A stretch of DNA of 64,000 nucleotides from Opitutia bacterium (GTDB taxonomy: Bacteria > Verrucomicrobiota > Verrucomicrobiia > Opitutales > T3Sed10-336). The number at the start of each line of letters is the position of its first letter. Position 1 is the first letter of the stretch. Made by a program: the position numbers and the translations under genes. Below the pieces are notes generated by a model. It saw only the letters and a list, made by a program, of their open reading frames with translations, was not told where the DNA came from and did not search any database. The stretch lies in contig JBJHCF010000004.1 in NCBI GenBank assembly GCA_050506795.1, positions 93,811 through 157,810 of the forward strand, given 5' to 3'. Positions 20,801-29,907 of this stretch are shown here, in pieces.

Positions 20801-21342
20801 CGGCCGATACGGGGAAGGAACTTCCTCTCGGCGAACCGGGAATTCTTCGGCTGAAAGGAGTGAATGTGTTTTCCGGATACCTCGGCGACGAGGAGAGCAC
20901 ACGGGATTGTTTTGACCGGGAGTGGTTCGTCACCGGGGATATCGCCCGCATCGACAAAGACGGATTTGTCTTTATCGAGGGCCGCCTTTCGCGGTTCTCG
21001 AAAATCGGCGGCGAAATGGTGCCGCATACGCTGGTGGAGGAAAAAATCGTGGCGGCCCTGGAACTGGAGGATCGCGAAGAGCCCGCGGTGGCGGTGACCG
21101 GGGTTTCGGATCCGTCGAAAGGGGAGGCGCTCGTCCTGCTCAGCGCGATCGAAGTGAGCGTCGATACCCTGCGCCGCAAACTGGGGGAACACGGCTTTCC
21201 CAATCTTTGGATTCCCAGGATCATACGGCGGGTGGACCGCATCCCCTTGCTCGGTTCCGGCAAGCTGGACCTCAAATCCTGCCGCAACATGGCACTCGGC
21301 GGGACCACGACCCCGGCGATCGCCGCAGCGACGGGCGGGTAG
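17881..21342 (+). CDS. aas: MFS (LplT-like) + PlsC acyltransferase + acyl-ACP synthetase fusion (Aas-like)
   Basis: ~12 TM helices with AFNDN and GWLADRYSK; NHVSQLD and IFPEG; FTSGSSGEPKG, GYGLTE, TGD, GSGKLD. Confidence 0.88.
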   Translation: MTTENTDNRSLTRLLAVQTQVAFNDNAAKLMLILLAGAPGVLPPEWVVPVIGTLTALLVAPFIGFSPFAGWLADRYSKRTVLQAGLALQVGVMAALGAVLYVESMVGALVCFGFLAVQSALFSPAKRGILKELVGSSRLSLAVGWMEMLTIAAILIGSLGGALMFDYFTRATSGPFAGAFLVACVLFAASILAWFLFQGVAATPSQSREAYRHRIWWRHLADLTELWRDRPLFRAGLGGTWFFSLGGALYLTLTQVAREAYGGDAGTGAFTALMLGLLGVGTVAGHLSAGLLSRGRVELGLVPIGCLGLAAGLGILAAGTPGTVFFSAGLLGLGFAGGLFLVPLYAYIQDQAGDHRRGRILAAVNIMESLGGLAAAGAYVFMARFLGLDSSGQLFVMLGATLLIGLYLVRLLPDSFVRAVARCLAFPIYRLRVRGLENLPREGGGIVIANHVSQLDAVMLQFACPRQLHFMGFEGLRRFRWLRWAFRLFAVIPVSDRRAKDAIRAAAERAAAGELVCIFPEGAISRTGTLQELKRGFALMARQSRTPVFPVYLDSLWGSIFSYRGGRLFWKRPRRFPYPVHVHFGEPIPWEEASPNRARQALLDLGETAFGERPELRRHLGRACVRALGRKPWREAFIDWTGDRRSVSRGKLLAVSVALSRRIREMTPERRVGIVLPPGAGGAIANLAVVLAGKIPVNLNFTAGRAAIESSLDRGEIGTVLTAGAMKAKVGDFPWPARTLDIAEEIRSCGRASIVAWLVATWILPASVMAWRLNLPRHGDHDEAGLLFTSGSSGEPKGVALTHRNILGNVEQIDEMGVLRDTDTVLGSLPLFHSFGFTVTLWCAILKGVRVATVPSPLDARRIARVIGEEGATVHVGTPTFLRMLMRQAEPDQLRSLRLVISGAEKLSDELAAAFRERFGVSVLQGYGLTETSPVAAVNVPDPERPRVSMGRHLGQKPGAVGRLAPGMTARIVSADTGKELPLGEPGILRLKGVNVFSGYLGDEESTRDCFDREWFVTGDIARIDKDGFVFIEGRLSRFSKIGGEMVPHTLVEEKIVAALELEDREEPAVAVTGVSDPSKGEALVLLSAIEVSVDTLRRKLGEHGFPNLWIPRIIRRVDRIPLLGSGKLDLKSCRNMALGGTTTPAIAAATGG

Positions 21343-21358
21343 AGCTACCAATCAAGAG

Positions 21359-21383
21359 TGGAGGGCGGCGCTCCTGCGCCGCC
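21359..21383 (+). repeat. GGAG-tagged REP-like palindrome
   Basis: TGGAG-GGCGGCGC-TCCT-GCGCCGCC; many related copies in window. Confidence 0.8.
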
Positions 21384-21435
21384 GCCTCCCGTTCTGGCGG
21401 ATTTGCCCAACCGGTCGGAGTCGCAACCAATCGGC

Positions 21436-21609
21436 TCAATCACTACTGCGGCGGTGTTGCCGCCAGTTGTTGCGGTACTTGCGGATCCAGTCGAGCAGGG
21501 CACGCTCAAAACCGATGTCGCGCCCTGCTTTCTCGGACTCAATCCACTTGTGCTTTAGGATTTCCTCACGCTCGGCGAGAAACTCCCGGTAAAGGTTGGA
21601 GTGAGCCAT
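21436..21609 (-). CDS. Small DUF4032-like protein
   Basis: LYREFLAEREEILKHKWIESEKAGRDIGFERALLDW; start may be 21666. Confidence 0.75.
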   Translation of the reverse strand: MAHSNLYREFLAEREEILKHKWIESEKAGRDIGFERALLDWIRKYRNNWRQHRRSSD

Positions 21610-21820
21610 AAAGGGCTCCGCTGTCGGAGCGGAAGTCGTGTGATTTTGAGTGCGGTCACCCTTCATACTAAGTGGCGGAATATGAAACCCTTGATTATCT
21701 TTTCAGAAAAAAGTGCGACATTCAATATCAAACGAAGCTTTTCATTCCGAATATGCGTTTGTAAGGCGACCGAAGTGGTAACATTACAGTGCGATACATT
21801 ACGGGTGGTGATGAGGAATG

Positions 21821-22915
21821 TCAACCCAGTGTCTGGAGGATCTTGTCGGCGATGGCAAAGAACGCGGCGGCCTCCTTGCCCTCCGGGTCCGCGATGACGA
21901 TCGGAATGCCATTGTCCCCGGCTTCCCGGATACCGGGGTGCAGGGGAACCTGACCGAGAAAGGCGGTTTCCAAGTCCTCCGCCGTGCGCTGCCCGCCGCC
22001 TTCCCCGAAGATCGCGGTGCGGACGCCGGTCGCCGGATCCTCGAGGTAGCTCATGTTTTCAGCCACCCCAAGCAGGGGAACGTTGACCTTGTCGAACATG
22101 CGGGCGCCCTTTCGCGCCACGTTTACGGCGGCGGGTTGGGGAGTGGTGACAATGACAGCGCCGTCGAGAGGAATCGTTTGCACCAGAGACAAATGGGCAT
22201 CGCCGGTGCCGGGGGGGAGATCGACCACCAGCAAATCCAAATCGCCCCAGTCGACGTTCTGGGCGAACTGTTGAATGGTTTTCATGATCATGGGTCCGCG
22301 CCAAACCACCGGGCTGTCGTCGTCCACCAGAAGCCCCATCGACATCACCTTGATGCCGAAGTTTTCCAGGGGGAGAATGGTGTTGTCGACCACCTCGGGT
22401 CGGCCGCGGATACCGATCATCAGCGGGACGCTGGGGCCGTAGATGTCGCAGTCCATGATACCCACCCCGTGGGTGCCACCCCGTTCCCTAAGTCGCTGCT
22501 CCAGCGCGCAGGCCAGATTAACGGCGAACGTTGATTTGCCCACGCCGCCTTTGCCGCTGGCGACGGCGATGGCCCTTTTGACCCCCCTGATCGGGGTCTG
22601 ACCGCTCATGGGCGAACCGCCGGCCGCCGGCTGCTGTTTCGGTTGAGTAACCGCAACTTCGACGTTCACCCCGTTTACACCGTCAATGGCGCCGAGTTTC
22701 TCCTCGACCTCTCGTTTGATCTGCGCCGGCACTTTCGGGTCCGCCGTGGTTACGGCGAGCTGCACGGCGGCGATCCCGTCGTTCAGGTCGAGCCCGCGAA
22801 TCAACCCGAAGGAAACAATGTCGCGGCTGAACCCCGGGTAATTAATGGTCTTGAGTGCGTTTTGTATGGCTTGCAATGACACGGATTTGGCCCGGTTTCG
22901 GTTGGAAATGGCCAT
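21821..22915 (-). CDS. mrp: Mrp/NBP35 (ApbC) Fe-S cluster carrier ATPase
   Basis: N-terminal DUF59-like domain, ASGKGGVGKST, DIYGPS, WRGPM, DLPPGTGD, ENMS. Confidence 0.92.
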   Translation of the reverse strand: MAISNRNRAKSVSLQAIQNALKTINYPGFSRDIVSFGLIRGLDLNDGIAAVQLAVTTADPKVPAQIKREVEEKLGAIDGVNGVNVEVAVTQPKQQPAAGGSPMSGQTPIRGVKRAIAVASGKGGVGKSTFAVNLACALEQRLRERGGTHGVGIMDCDIYGPSVPLMIGIRGRPEVVDNTILPLENFGIKVMSMGLLVDDDSPVVWRGPMIMKTIQQFAQNVDWGDLDLLVVDLPPGTGDAHLSLVQTIPLDGAVIVTTPQPAAVNVARKGARMFDKVNVPLLGVAENMSYLEDPATGVRTAIFGEGGGQRTAEDLETAFLGQVPLHPGIREAGDNGIPIVIADPEGKEAAAFFAIADKILQTLG

Positions 22916-22953
22916 CTTCGGTACCTGTGCCGTCGAGGTCAATACCACTCACT

Positions 22954-23009
22954 TTAAATCTGAAATTTGAAATCTGGAATTTGAAATTTGAAAGCTGAGA
23001 CCTGAGATT
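22954..23009. repeat. Degenerate 7-bp tandem repeat, 8 units
   Basis: TTAAATC TGAAATT TGAAATC TGGAATT TGAAATT TGAAAGC TGAGACC TGAGATT. Confidence 0.8.
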
Positions 23010-23104
23010 TCCACCCGGTCCTGCCGATTTCCAGATCGGTGGTTGCCTTGTCCCGAAAGGCCGTTTTAAGAGAAATGGATTTATCGAAAGCAATGTGCCG
23101 AATC

Positions 23105-24316
23105 ATGTGTAAATCTTTTGTTTTCCTCCTTTCCGCCGTCGCTTTCGCGATCGCGGCCGTCGACCTCCGCGGACAGGGGCGCCAGGTGCAAATCGACGAC
23201 ATTGTGGCGCGTGGTGAGCGGGTGTTCAGCGTCGACGTGGTTTCCAATGATGAGAACCTGCGGAATCTCCTGAGACGGGCCTTTCGCACCCACGGCCAGT
23301 TCTCCCTGGCCGAGAATCGAAGCCGGGCGGACTTTGTGTTCGAGGTGGTCGTGCAGGGTGAGAACCGGGTCCGGCTGCGAATTCAGTCCGGATCGCCGTT
23401 GCAGACGCTGCACGAGGAATCGGTGAGCGGCGATACCGTCAGGCAGGCGGCCTTGCGGGCCGGCGATGTGGCGGTCAGACGCACCACCGGCCTCCCGGGG
23501 TATTTTTCCGGACGGTTGACCTTCATCGGTCAGCAAAGCGGTCACCGGGAGGTTTACATGTCGGACCTTTTTTTGGGAGAGCGACGTCAGCTTACCACCG
23601 ACCGCTCAAAGTCTGTGAGTCCACGTTGGTCGCCGGACGGACGCCGGATCATCTACACCGGTTATTACCGGTCGGGATTTCCGGATATTTTTGTGATCGA
23701 CACCGCCGGCATGCGCCGGACCCCGCTGGTGACCTTTCGCGGCACCAACACCGGGGCCCGTTTCAGTCCCGACGGCAGTCGCATTTCCATGGTGCTCTCG
23801 GGTGAAGGCACTCCCGAGGTCTACGTGGCGGACTCCTCCGCCCGCAATGCGCGCCGGTTGACCCGCACCGGGGGCAGCGTGCAGTCCTCGCCGACCTGGT
23901 CGCCCAACGGGCGGGAGCTGATTTTTGTTTCCGACCGTGACGGCCGGCCGCAGCTTTACCGGATGACGGCCGAGGGAGAGAATATGCGGCGCATTCCCAC
24001 CGACATCAGTCGCTACTGCGCCGAACCCGACTGGAACCCGGTGAATCCCAACCAAATCGCGTTCACCGCCGCGGTGGCCGGACGATTCGCGGTGGCGGTG
24101 TATGACTTTTCCACCCGGCAGAGTCGTTTCGTGACCCAGGGGCCGCAGGACGCGATCGAGCCGCGCTGGACCAACGACGGAAGGCACCTGATCTACACCT
24201 TGCGCAGCGCGAATCAGGAGGTATTGGCCATCCTGGATACCGTGACCGGCAAATCGACTCCGTTGAGCGATGGCAGCCTGGGCCGACTTTCCCAGGCCGA
24301 CTTCCTGATGCCCTAG
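23105..24316 (+). CDS. tolB: TolB-family beta-propeller protein
   Basis: Signal peptide; PD40 repeats (SPRWSPDG, ARFSPDG, SPTWSPNG, FVSDRDGRPQLY). Confidence 0.8.
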   Translation: MCKSFVFLLSAVAFAIAAVDLRGQGRQVQIDDIVARGERVFSVDVVSNDENLRNLLRRAFRTHGQFSLAENRSRADFVFEVVVQGENRVRLRIQSGSPLQTLHEESVSGDTVRQAALRAGDVAVRRTTGLPGYFSGRLTFIGQQSGHREVYMSDLFLGERRQLTTDRSKSVSPRWSPDGRRIIYTGYYRSGFPDIFVIDTAGMRRTPLVTFRGTNTGARFSPDGSRISMVLSGEGTPEVYVADSSARNARRLTRTGGSVQSSPTWSPNGRELIFVSDRDGRPQLYRMTAEGENMRRIPTDISRYCAEPDWNPVNPNQIAFTAAVAGRFAVAVYDFSTRQSRFVTQGPQDAIEPRWTNDGRHLIYTLRSANQEVLAILDTVTGKSTPLSDGSLGRLSQADFLMP

Positions 24317-24383
24317 GAGTCTGTCGGGCTTCGCCGACAGCCTCCTGGTCCAAATCCGACTCGGATGATGCGGTCCATTGTTG

Positions 24384-24502
24384 GAGAAACCGAATCGAAA
24401 TCGCGCCTCAGCTTACTGGAGGGCGGCGCTCCCGCGCCGCCGCCGTGATACAGGCATTCCTGCCTGTCAATCTCGCGCGGCCATGCGGGGCATGGCCTTC
24501 CA
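24384..24502. repeat. Composite REP cluster between tolB and sodA
   Basis: TGGAGGGCGGCGCTCCCGCGCCGCC (24417-24441), ACAGGCATTCCTGCCTGT, inverted GGCCATGCGGGGCATGGCCTTCCA; left part is the reverse complement of 54006-54071. Confidence 0.8.
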
Positions 24503-24514
24503 GAGGAAGATCAT

Positions 24515-24554
24515 AAAAAAAAGCGGGCCGCGTCTGAACGCGGCCCGCTTTTTT
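24515..24554. terminator. Bidirectional intrinsic terminator after sodA
   Basis: A8-GCGGGCCGCGT-CTGA-ACGCGGCCCGC-T6. Confidence 0.88.
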
Positions 24555-24560
24555 GTCGGT

Positions 24561-25178
24561 TTATCCGAAGTTCTTTTCCGCCTGATCCCAATCGACGACG
24601 TTCCAGAAAGCGGCGATGTAGTCGGGCCGCCGGTTCTGGTAATTGAGATAGTAGGCGTGCTCCCACACGTCGAGCCCGATGATTGGTTTGCCCGGGCAAT
24701 CCACCAGGCCCTTCATCAACGGAGAATCCTGGTTGGCGGTGGAGCAGATGCAAAGGGAGCCATCGTCCTTTTTGCAGAGCCACGCCCAGCCGCTGCCGAA
24801 TCGGCCGACGGCGGCATCGGCGAACTGTTTCTTGAAATCGTCGAAGCTTCCGAAAGCCTGGTCGATGGCGTCGGCCAAATTGCCCTTGGGAGCGCCGCCG
24901 CCTTTGGGCGAGAGGATGGTCCAGAAAAAGCGGTGGTTGGAATGACCGCCGGCGTTGTTGCGTAGCGCGGTCCGGATCTTTTCCGGCGCCTGGGAAAGGT
25001 CGGCGATCAGTTCATCGACGTCTTTCGAAGCCAGCTCAGGGGCGGATTCGAGCGCGGCGTTCGCCTTGTCCACGTAGGTTTTGTGGTGCTTGGAGTGATG
25101 GATTTCCATCGTCTTCGCATCGATGTGCGGCTCCAGCGCGTTATAGTCGTAGTCGAGTTTCGGGAGTTCGTAGGCCAT
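24561..25178 (-). CDS. sodA: Superoxide dismutase, Mn-type signature
   Basis: [34 protein letters not shown]. Confidence 0.93.
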   Translation of the reverse strand: MAYELPKLDYDYNALEPHIDAKTMEIHHSKHHKTYVDKANAALESAPELASKDVDELIADLSQAPEKIRTALRNNAGGHSNHRFFWTILSPKGGGAPKGNLADAIDQAFGSFDDFKKQFADAAVGRFGSGWAWLCKKDDGSLCICSTANQDSPLMKGLVDCPGKPIIGLDVWEHAYYLNYQNRRPDYIAAFWNVVDWDQAEKNFG

Positions 25179-25228
25179 AGTCATTTCCTTCTGTTGAGAT
25201 TAGTTTCGAATGTACAGGTAAACTTTGC

Positions 25229-25777
25229 TTACTCAGGGGATTCCGTTTCGTCAACCGCTGACGGAAGGGAATTTCGCTTTTCCCGGAAGAACGCCTGCAG
25301 CAATTGCCGGCATTCCGGCTCCAGAATACCTCGGGTGATGGAGAAATGGTGATTGATCGTCGGAATGCCGTTGAGATCGGTCACCCCGCCCAGACAACCC
25401 ATCCTGGGGTCGGGTACGGCGTAAACCACACGGGCCAGCCGCGACATCAGTGCGGCTCCGGAACACATGGGGCAGGGCTCCTTGGTCACAAAAAGGGTGG
25501 CTCCGTTCAGGCGCCAGTCTCCCAGGGCGCGCGAGGCCTGAGTGAGAGCGAGCATTTCGGCGTGGGCGGTGGGGTCGCCGGTGGACTCGACCTCGTTGTG
25601 GGCGGCCGCGATCGGCTCGCCGCCGTATTCGATCACGGCTCCGATGGGAACCTCATCGCGCCGCCAGCCGTCGATGGCCTGATTGTAGGCCAGAGTCATA
25701 AAAAAGGCGTCGTCGCGCAGCAACTGGGACGGAAAGCGCTTGGGAAACGGACAATCGTTGGCGGAATCACGCATCAT
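25229..25777 (-). CDS. tadA: tRNA-specific adenosine deaminase
   Basis: EVPIGAV, AHN, DPTAHAE, EPCPMC, LLQAFF. Confidence 0.85.
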   Translation of the reverse strand: MMRDSANDCPFPKRFPSQLLRDDAFFMTLAYNQAIDGWRRDEVPIGAVIEYGGEPIAAAHNEVESTGDPTAHAEMLALTQASRALGDWRLNGATLFVTKEPCPMCSGAALMSRLARVVYAVPDPRMGCLGGVTDLNGIPTINHHFSITRGILEPECRQLLQAFFREKRNSLPSAVDETESPE

Positions 25778-25903
25778 GGACCGTTCTCGTCCTGCCGAAT
25801 TGGCGTTGACTTTGAATTCGAGAGCTCATCATACACGTTTTAACTGGATTTTTATGCGGCTATGTCCATATTATTCCAGGTTTACGTAGTTCAGACATCA
25901 TTT

Positions 25904-26194
25904 ATGGCAGAAAATCAATCGATCGAAGTAGAAGGCAAGATAGTGGCGGTGCTTCCGGGGACCATGTTTCGGGTTCAGCTCAAGAACGACCACGTGGTCC
26001 TGGCTCATATCTCAGGAAAGCTGCGCAAGCATTTCATCAAAATCACCACCGGCGATTTCGTGAAGATGGAGATGAGCCCCTACGATCTGGATAAAGCCCG
26101 CATCACCTACCGTCTGAAAAACGCCAACGCCCAGCAGCGCAACGCCCCCATTCGCAGTTACGGTCCCCGCGGTTCCCGTCCCAAGAAGCGCTGA
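25904..26194 (+). CDS. infA: Translation initiation factor IF-1 with basic C-terminal extension
   Basis: [18 protein letters not shown]...[10 protein letters not shown]...[14 protein letters not shown]. Confidence 0.95.
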   Translation: MAENQSIEVEGKIVAVLPGTMFRVQLKNDHVVLAHISGKLRKHFIKITTGDFVKMEMSPYDLDKARITYRLKNANAQQRNAPIRSYGPRGSRPKKR

Positions 26195-26296
26195 TTTTCC
26201 CTTTCACTCTACCTTCCCCGGCCGATCCCCGCGGCCAATGTCAATTGCCGGCGGCTTGACTTCCACCGGTGTTGCTCGAAACAATCCGGACCAATT

Positions 26297-27244
26297 ATGG
26301 CATCTATTTTTCCTGATATCGTCTCCACCGTGGGTAACACCCCCTTGGTCAAATTGAACCGGATCGCGGCCAATCTGGATGCCGAGGTGTACCTGAAGTG
26401 CGAATTCTTCAATCCCTTGGCCAGCGTAAAGGACCGGATTGGTTATGCCATGATCGACGCCGGGGAAAAGGACGGGTTGATTAAGGAGGATACCATCATC
26501 GTCGAACCGACCTCCGGCAACACCGGCATCGCCCTGGCCTTTGTCTGCGCGGCCAAGGGTCTGCGTCTGATTCTCACCATGCCCGAAACCATGTCCATCG
26601 AGCGGCGGGTGCTGCTGCGCATGCTGGGGGCGGAAATTGTGCTCACGCCCGGGAGCGAGGGTATGCCCGGAGCCGTGCGCCGGGCGCGGGAGATTCTCGA
26701 AGAGCAAAAGGAGCACGGGTTTATGCCACAGCAATTTGAAAACCCGGCCAACCCCGAAATCCATCGCCGGACGACCGCCGAGGAAATCTGGGCCGCCACC
26801 CAGGGCGAAATCGACGTCTTTGTTTCCGGGGTCGGCACCGGCGGCACGATTACCGGGGTTTCGGAAGTGATCAAGAAACGGCGGAACCTCATCAGTATCG
26901 CGGTCGAGCCCGAAGCCAGCCCCGTGATCTCCGGCGGCAATCCCGGCCCTCACAAAATTCAGGGCATCGGCGCGGGTTTTATCCCCAAGAATCTGAACAC
27001 CGACATTATCGACGAAGTGATCCAGGTCTCCAACGAAAATGCCCTGGAAACAGCCCGCGAACTCGCTCTCACCGATGGCATCCTCGGCGGTATTTCCACC
27101 GGCGCCAACACCTGGGCCGCCTTGCAGGTCGCCCGGCGCCCGGAGATGGCGGGCAAAAAGATCGTCACCGTCGCTTGCAGCTTCGGCGAACGTTACCTGA
27201 GCACGCTCCTGGCGGAAAAAGCACGCCAGGAAGTCACCATCTGA
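26297..27244 (+). CDS. cysK: Cysteine synthase A
   Basis: SVKDRI (PLP Lys), [29 protein letters not shown]. Confidence 0.95.
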   Translation: MASIFPDIVSTVGNTPLVKLNRIAANLDAEVYLKCEFFNPLASVKDRIGYAMIDAGEKDGLIKEDTIIVEPTSGNTGIALAFVCAAKGLRLILTMPETMSIERRVLLRMLGAEIVLTPGSEGMPGAVRRAREILEEQKEHGFMPQQFENPANPEIHRRTTAEEIWAATQGEIDVFVSGVGTGGTITGVSEVIKKRRNLISIAVEPEASPVISGGNPGPHKIQGIGAGFIPKNLNTDIIDEVIQVSNENALETARELALTDGILGGISTGANTWAALQVARRPEMAGKKIVTVACSFGERYLSTLLAEKARQEVTI

Positions 27245-27266
27245 CCGCACTCCCAAAGCCGCCGCC

Positions 27267-27355
27267 CCGGCAACGGCGGAGCGTTGCCCTCCACAAAACG
27301 CTGGAGGGCCATGCTCCGGCATGGCCGCCGCCGGGAACGCGGGCATCTTGCCCGC
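27267..27355. repeat. Composite REP cluster
   Basis: Back-to-back GGAG REPs (27269-27293 minus, 27302-27326 plus) plus GGGAACGCGGGCATCTTGCCCGC. Confidence 0.8.
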
Positions 27356-27384
27356 TCACGCATGGCCGCCGCCGAACCGGCGGT

Positions 27385-29907
27385 TCAGCCGGTTGAGTTT
27401 CCGGCTGAAAGGGCGTGCGACCGGCCGAGAAAGGCATGGTTAAAATAATTGTCCTCCAATCCCTTGTGGATGCCGTTCAGTTCGCTCGCCAGGCGTTCGT
27501 ACGTTTTGCCCAGCGCGATTTCGGATTCTTTGGGCAAACCGCCGGGCTGCTCCCCGGTGCCGGCGAGCAATCCGTCGGGTAACCGGCTCAGGCGTCTTTG
27601 GATCCTGTCCATGGCGCGAATGATCTCGGGAAACTCATCGGTGCGGATCGTGTTTTGCAGCGCTTCGAGCACACCCCGCAACGCCGCCAGGCAATAGCCG
27701 ATCGAACCGGGATTCTCCTGGTTCAGCCAGAGAAGGGCCGCTACGCGATCGGTTTGCGGGCGAGACCGGTAGGTGCGGCGGTAGGCGTCGAGGGAACCGA
27801 GCATGCGCAGCAGTGATACCAGAAACGGATCGGCTTCCTCTTCACCGTTCATCCGGTGAATTTCCCGGAGGACGTACATGCTCACCTCCAGGGTGGCCTG
27901 CGCCCGCTCCATCAACTTGCCCATCCGGTAGAAATGCCAGCTTTCGTCGCGAGGCATGGTGCGGGATGCGGTTCCCCGCAGCTCGGCCAGGCGCCTGACT
28001 GTATTACGGCAGGTTTCGCGCAGCGCGTCCCGTGAGACCCGTTTGGGAAGGTACGGTTTTTCCAGGGGCGACAGAGCCTGCAGCAGCGCGGTCCAGACCT
28101 CGGGGGTCACGAATTCCCGGGTCACTTGAGTGTTGTCCCGCGCCGCCCGCAGGCACCGCAGAACCGATGCCGGATCCCGGGCGTCATGCAGCAGTCCCCC
28201 GATAAACCCGCTGGACTCTTTGCGGGTGGGTTGGCGGCGCGGAGCGGTATCCTGCCCGGTCGCTTCAGCCACCGCCTTCCAGAGTGCCCGGGTGACCGCT
28301 CCCTGAGTCCGGCGGGCGCTCTCCCCGCTGCACTCTTCCAACACGAGCAACATGCGCGCGGTGTTCTCGGCGCGTTCCGTGTAGCGACCGATCCAATACA
28401 GGCATTCGGCGGCGCGGCTGCCGATGGGGAGATCGTCGGTGAAAGTGGGGAAACTGATCGCCGGTCTTGTTTTCTCCGAGCGTTTGCCGCCGGCCTGTAT
28501 CCAGATGTCCTTGCTGCCGGAAAATCGTTCGAAATGTCTGTCCTCGTTACGGCGCGTACTCTGCAGACACAACCCTCCGGGCAACACCTGCGGACGTTCG
28601 CCCAGGAGCAGAAAGCAGCGCAGGTAAAACGGGCGATCCACCCAGTCTCCCCGGCTGCGACGCGGGGCGCGGGACAGCTCCGGTTTGCTTTGGGCGGCGA
28701 TGTATTCGGGATGAACTTTCAGCAACAGGTTCGGGTCCGGGTCGGTTCCGTTGCGAAAGCGCGCCTGCAGGAAATGTTTCAGCAACTCCGTGCTCTGCAC
28801 CGGTTTCAGGGTCATGGCCGCCCGGCGTTGACGAACCAGGTTCGCCTGATCAGGGTCGCCGCAATCGTAGGTGGGAACGGTTTTCAGCAGGGGAGTTTCG
28901 CCGAGATAGTGACGAATGATCCTGTCCGAATAACGGAGCAGCGCCTTGTTGTCGGCGATTCCGCTCCCCAGCCCGTTCGACACCGCGACGGTTCCCTTGC
29001 GCAAACAGCTCATCAGGCCGGGGACACCTTCGCCGCTGGTGGAGCCGAAGGACACCGGGTCCATGGAGGTGCTGCGTATCCGCCGGTATATGACATCCAC
29101 CTGCTCCAACCCGCCCACCGTTTTCAGGTGCACGCGGTTCTCCCGCACCAGGAGGTCGTCGGGGGTCACGATCGGTATGCCCATGTGACGCGCCAGCAGA
29201 CCTTCCTCGAAAAACGATTGTCCGGGTTCATTGCGCCCGGTGAGCAGGACCACCCGGGGATTTCGCGCGGGAGACAGTGCCCGCAAGGCTTCCACCATCT
29301 GGCCGGCAAAGGTATCCAGGGGATGGATTCCCTCGCCGTTCAGTAACTCCGGCAGGGCATCGGCCAGCATGTGCCGGTTCTGCAGGGCGTAGGAGAGTCC
29401 GAAGGGCAGGGCGAAATAGTTTTCCAACACCTGCCACTCGCCGCCGGTGGTGCGGCAGAGGTCCACCGCTCCGAACAGGACGTGATGCCGGTCGCCGGGA
29501 TTGAGTTCGGAGATCTCCCGGAGAAACGCGGGATCCCTCAGCACCAGCGAATACGGCAGGACCCGGTCGCGCAGGATTTTCTGTTCCCCGTAGATATCGC
29601 GCACGAATAGATCGAACGCCCGGGCGCGCTGGATCACCGCGGCGCTCAGGCGCTCCCATTCCGATTCCGGCAGCACCAGCGGTGTCAGGTCGAGCGCGAA
29701 GGCGGGTTCGTGGTGTTCGGTGCCCGCCCCGGCCGCGTAATGCAACCCCAGCGCCGCCTGCGACCGGGCCAGACGCTGGCGCCGCCGGTTTAATTCTTCC
29801 GTCCCCAGCCGGCGCAGCACTCGCTTCATGGCCGCCGGCAGCGGCAATACGGCCTTGCCGCCGGCGCGGCGCGCGGAGTCAGTTTTGGTCGAGGGCGTTG
29901 AGTTCAT
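27385..29907 (-). CDS. Circularly permuted type 2 ATP-grasp + alpha-E domain fusion
   Basis: QRARAFDLFVRDIYGEQKIL, VDVIYRR, GVPGL..GSGIADNK, VLPGGL, SKDIW; alpha-E ER motifs RYTERAENTAR and KLMERA. Confidence 0.85.
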   Translation of the reverse strand: MNSTPSTKTDSARRAGGKAVLPLPAAMKRVLRRLGTEELNRRRQRLARSQAALGLHYAAGAGTEHHEPAFALDLTPLVLPESEWERLSAAVIQRARAFDLFVRDIYGEQKILRDRVLPYSLVLRDPAFLREISELNPGDRHHVLFGAVDLCRTTGGEWQVLENYFALPFGLSYALQNRHMLADALPELLNGEGIHPLDTFAGQMVEALRALSPARNPRVVLLTGRNEPGQSFFEEGLLARHMGIPIVTPDDLLVRENRVHLKTVGGLEQVDVIYRRIRSTSMDPVSFGSTSGEGVPGLMSCLRKGTVAVSNGLGSGIADNKALLRYSDRIIRHYLGETPLLKTVPTYDCGDPDQANLVRQRRAAMTLKPVQSTELLKHFLQARFRNGTDPDPNLLLKVHPEYIAAQSKPELSRAPRRSRGDWVDRPFYLRCFLLLGERPQVLPGGLCLQSTRRNEDRHFERFSGSKDIWIQAGGKRSEKTRPAISFPTFTDDLPIGSRAAECLYWIGRYTERAENTARMLLVLEECSGESARRTQGAVTRALWKAVAEATGQDTAPRRQPTRKESSGFIGGLLHDARDPASVLRCLRAARDNTQVTREFVTPEVWTALLQALSPLEKPYLPKRVSRDALRETCRNTVRRLAELRGTASRTMPRDESWHFYRMGKLMERAQATLEVSMYVLREIHRMNGEEEADPFLVSLLRMLGSLDAYRRTYRSRPQTDRVAALLWLNQENPGSIGYCLAALRGVLEALQNTIRTDEFPEIIRAMDRIQRRLSRLPDGLLAGTGEQPGGLPKESEIALGKTYERLASELNGIHKGLEDNYFNHAFLGRSHALSAGNSTG

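Noticed and set aside
23105..24316. Complete Tol-Pal operon
   Set aside because: No tolQ, tolR, tolA or pal in the window
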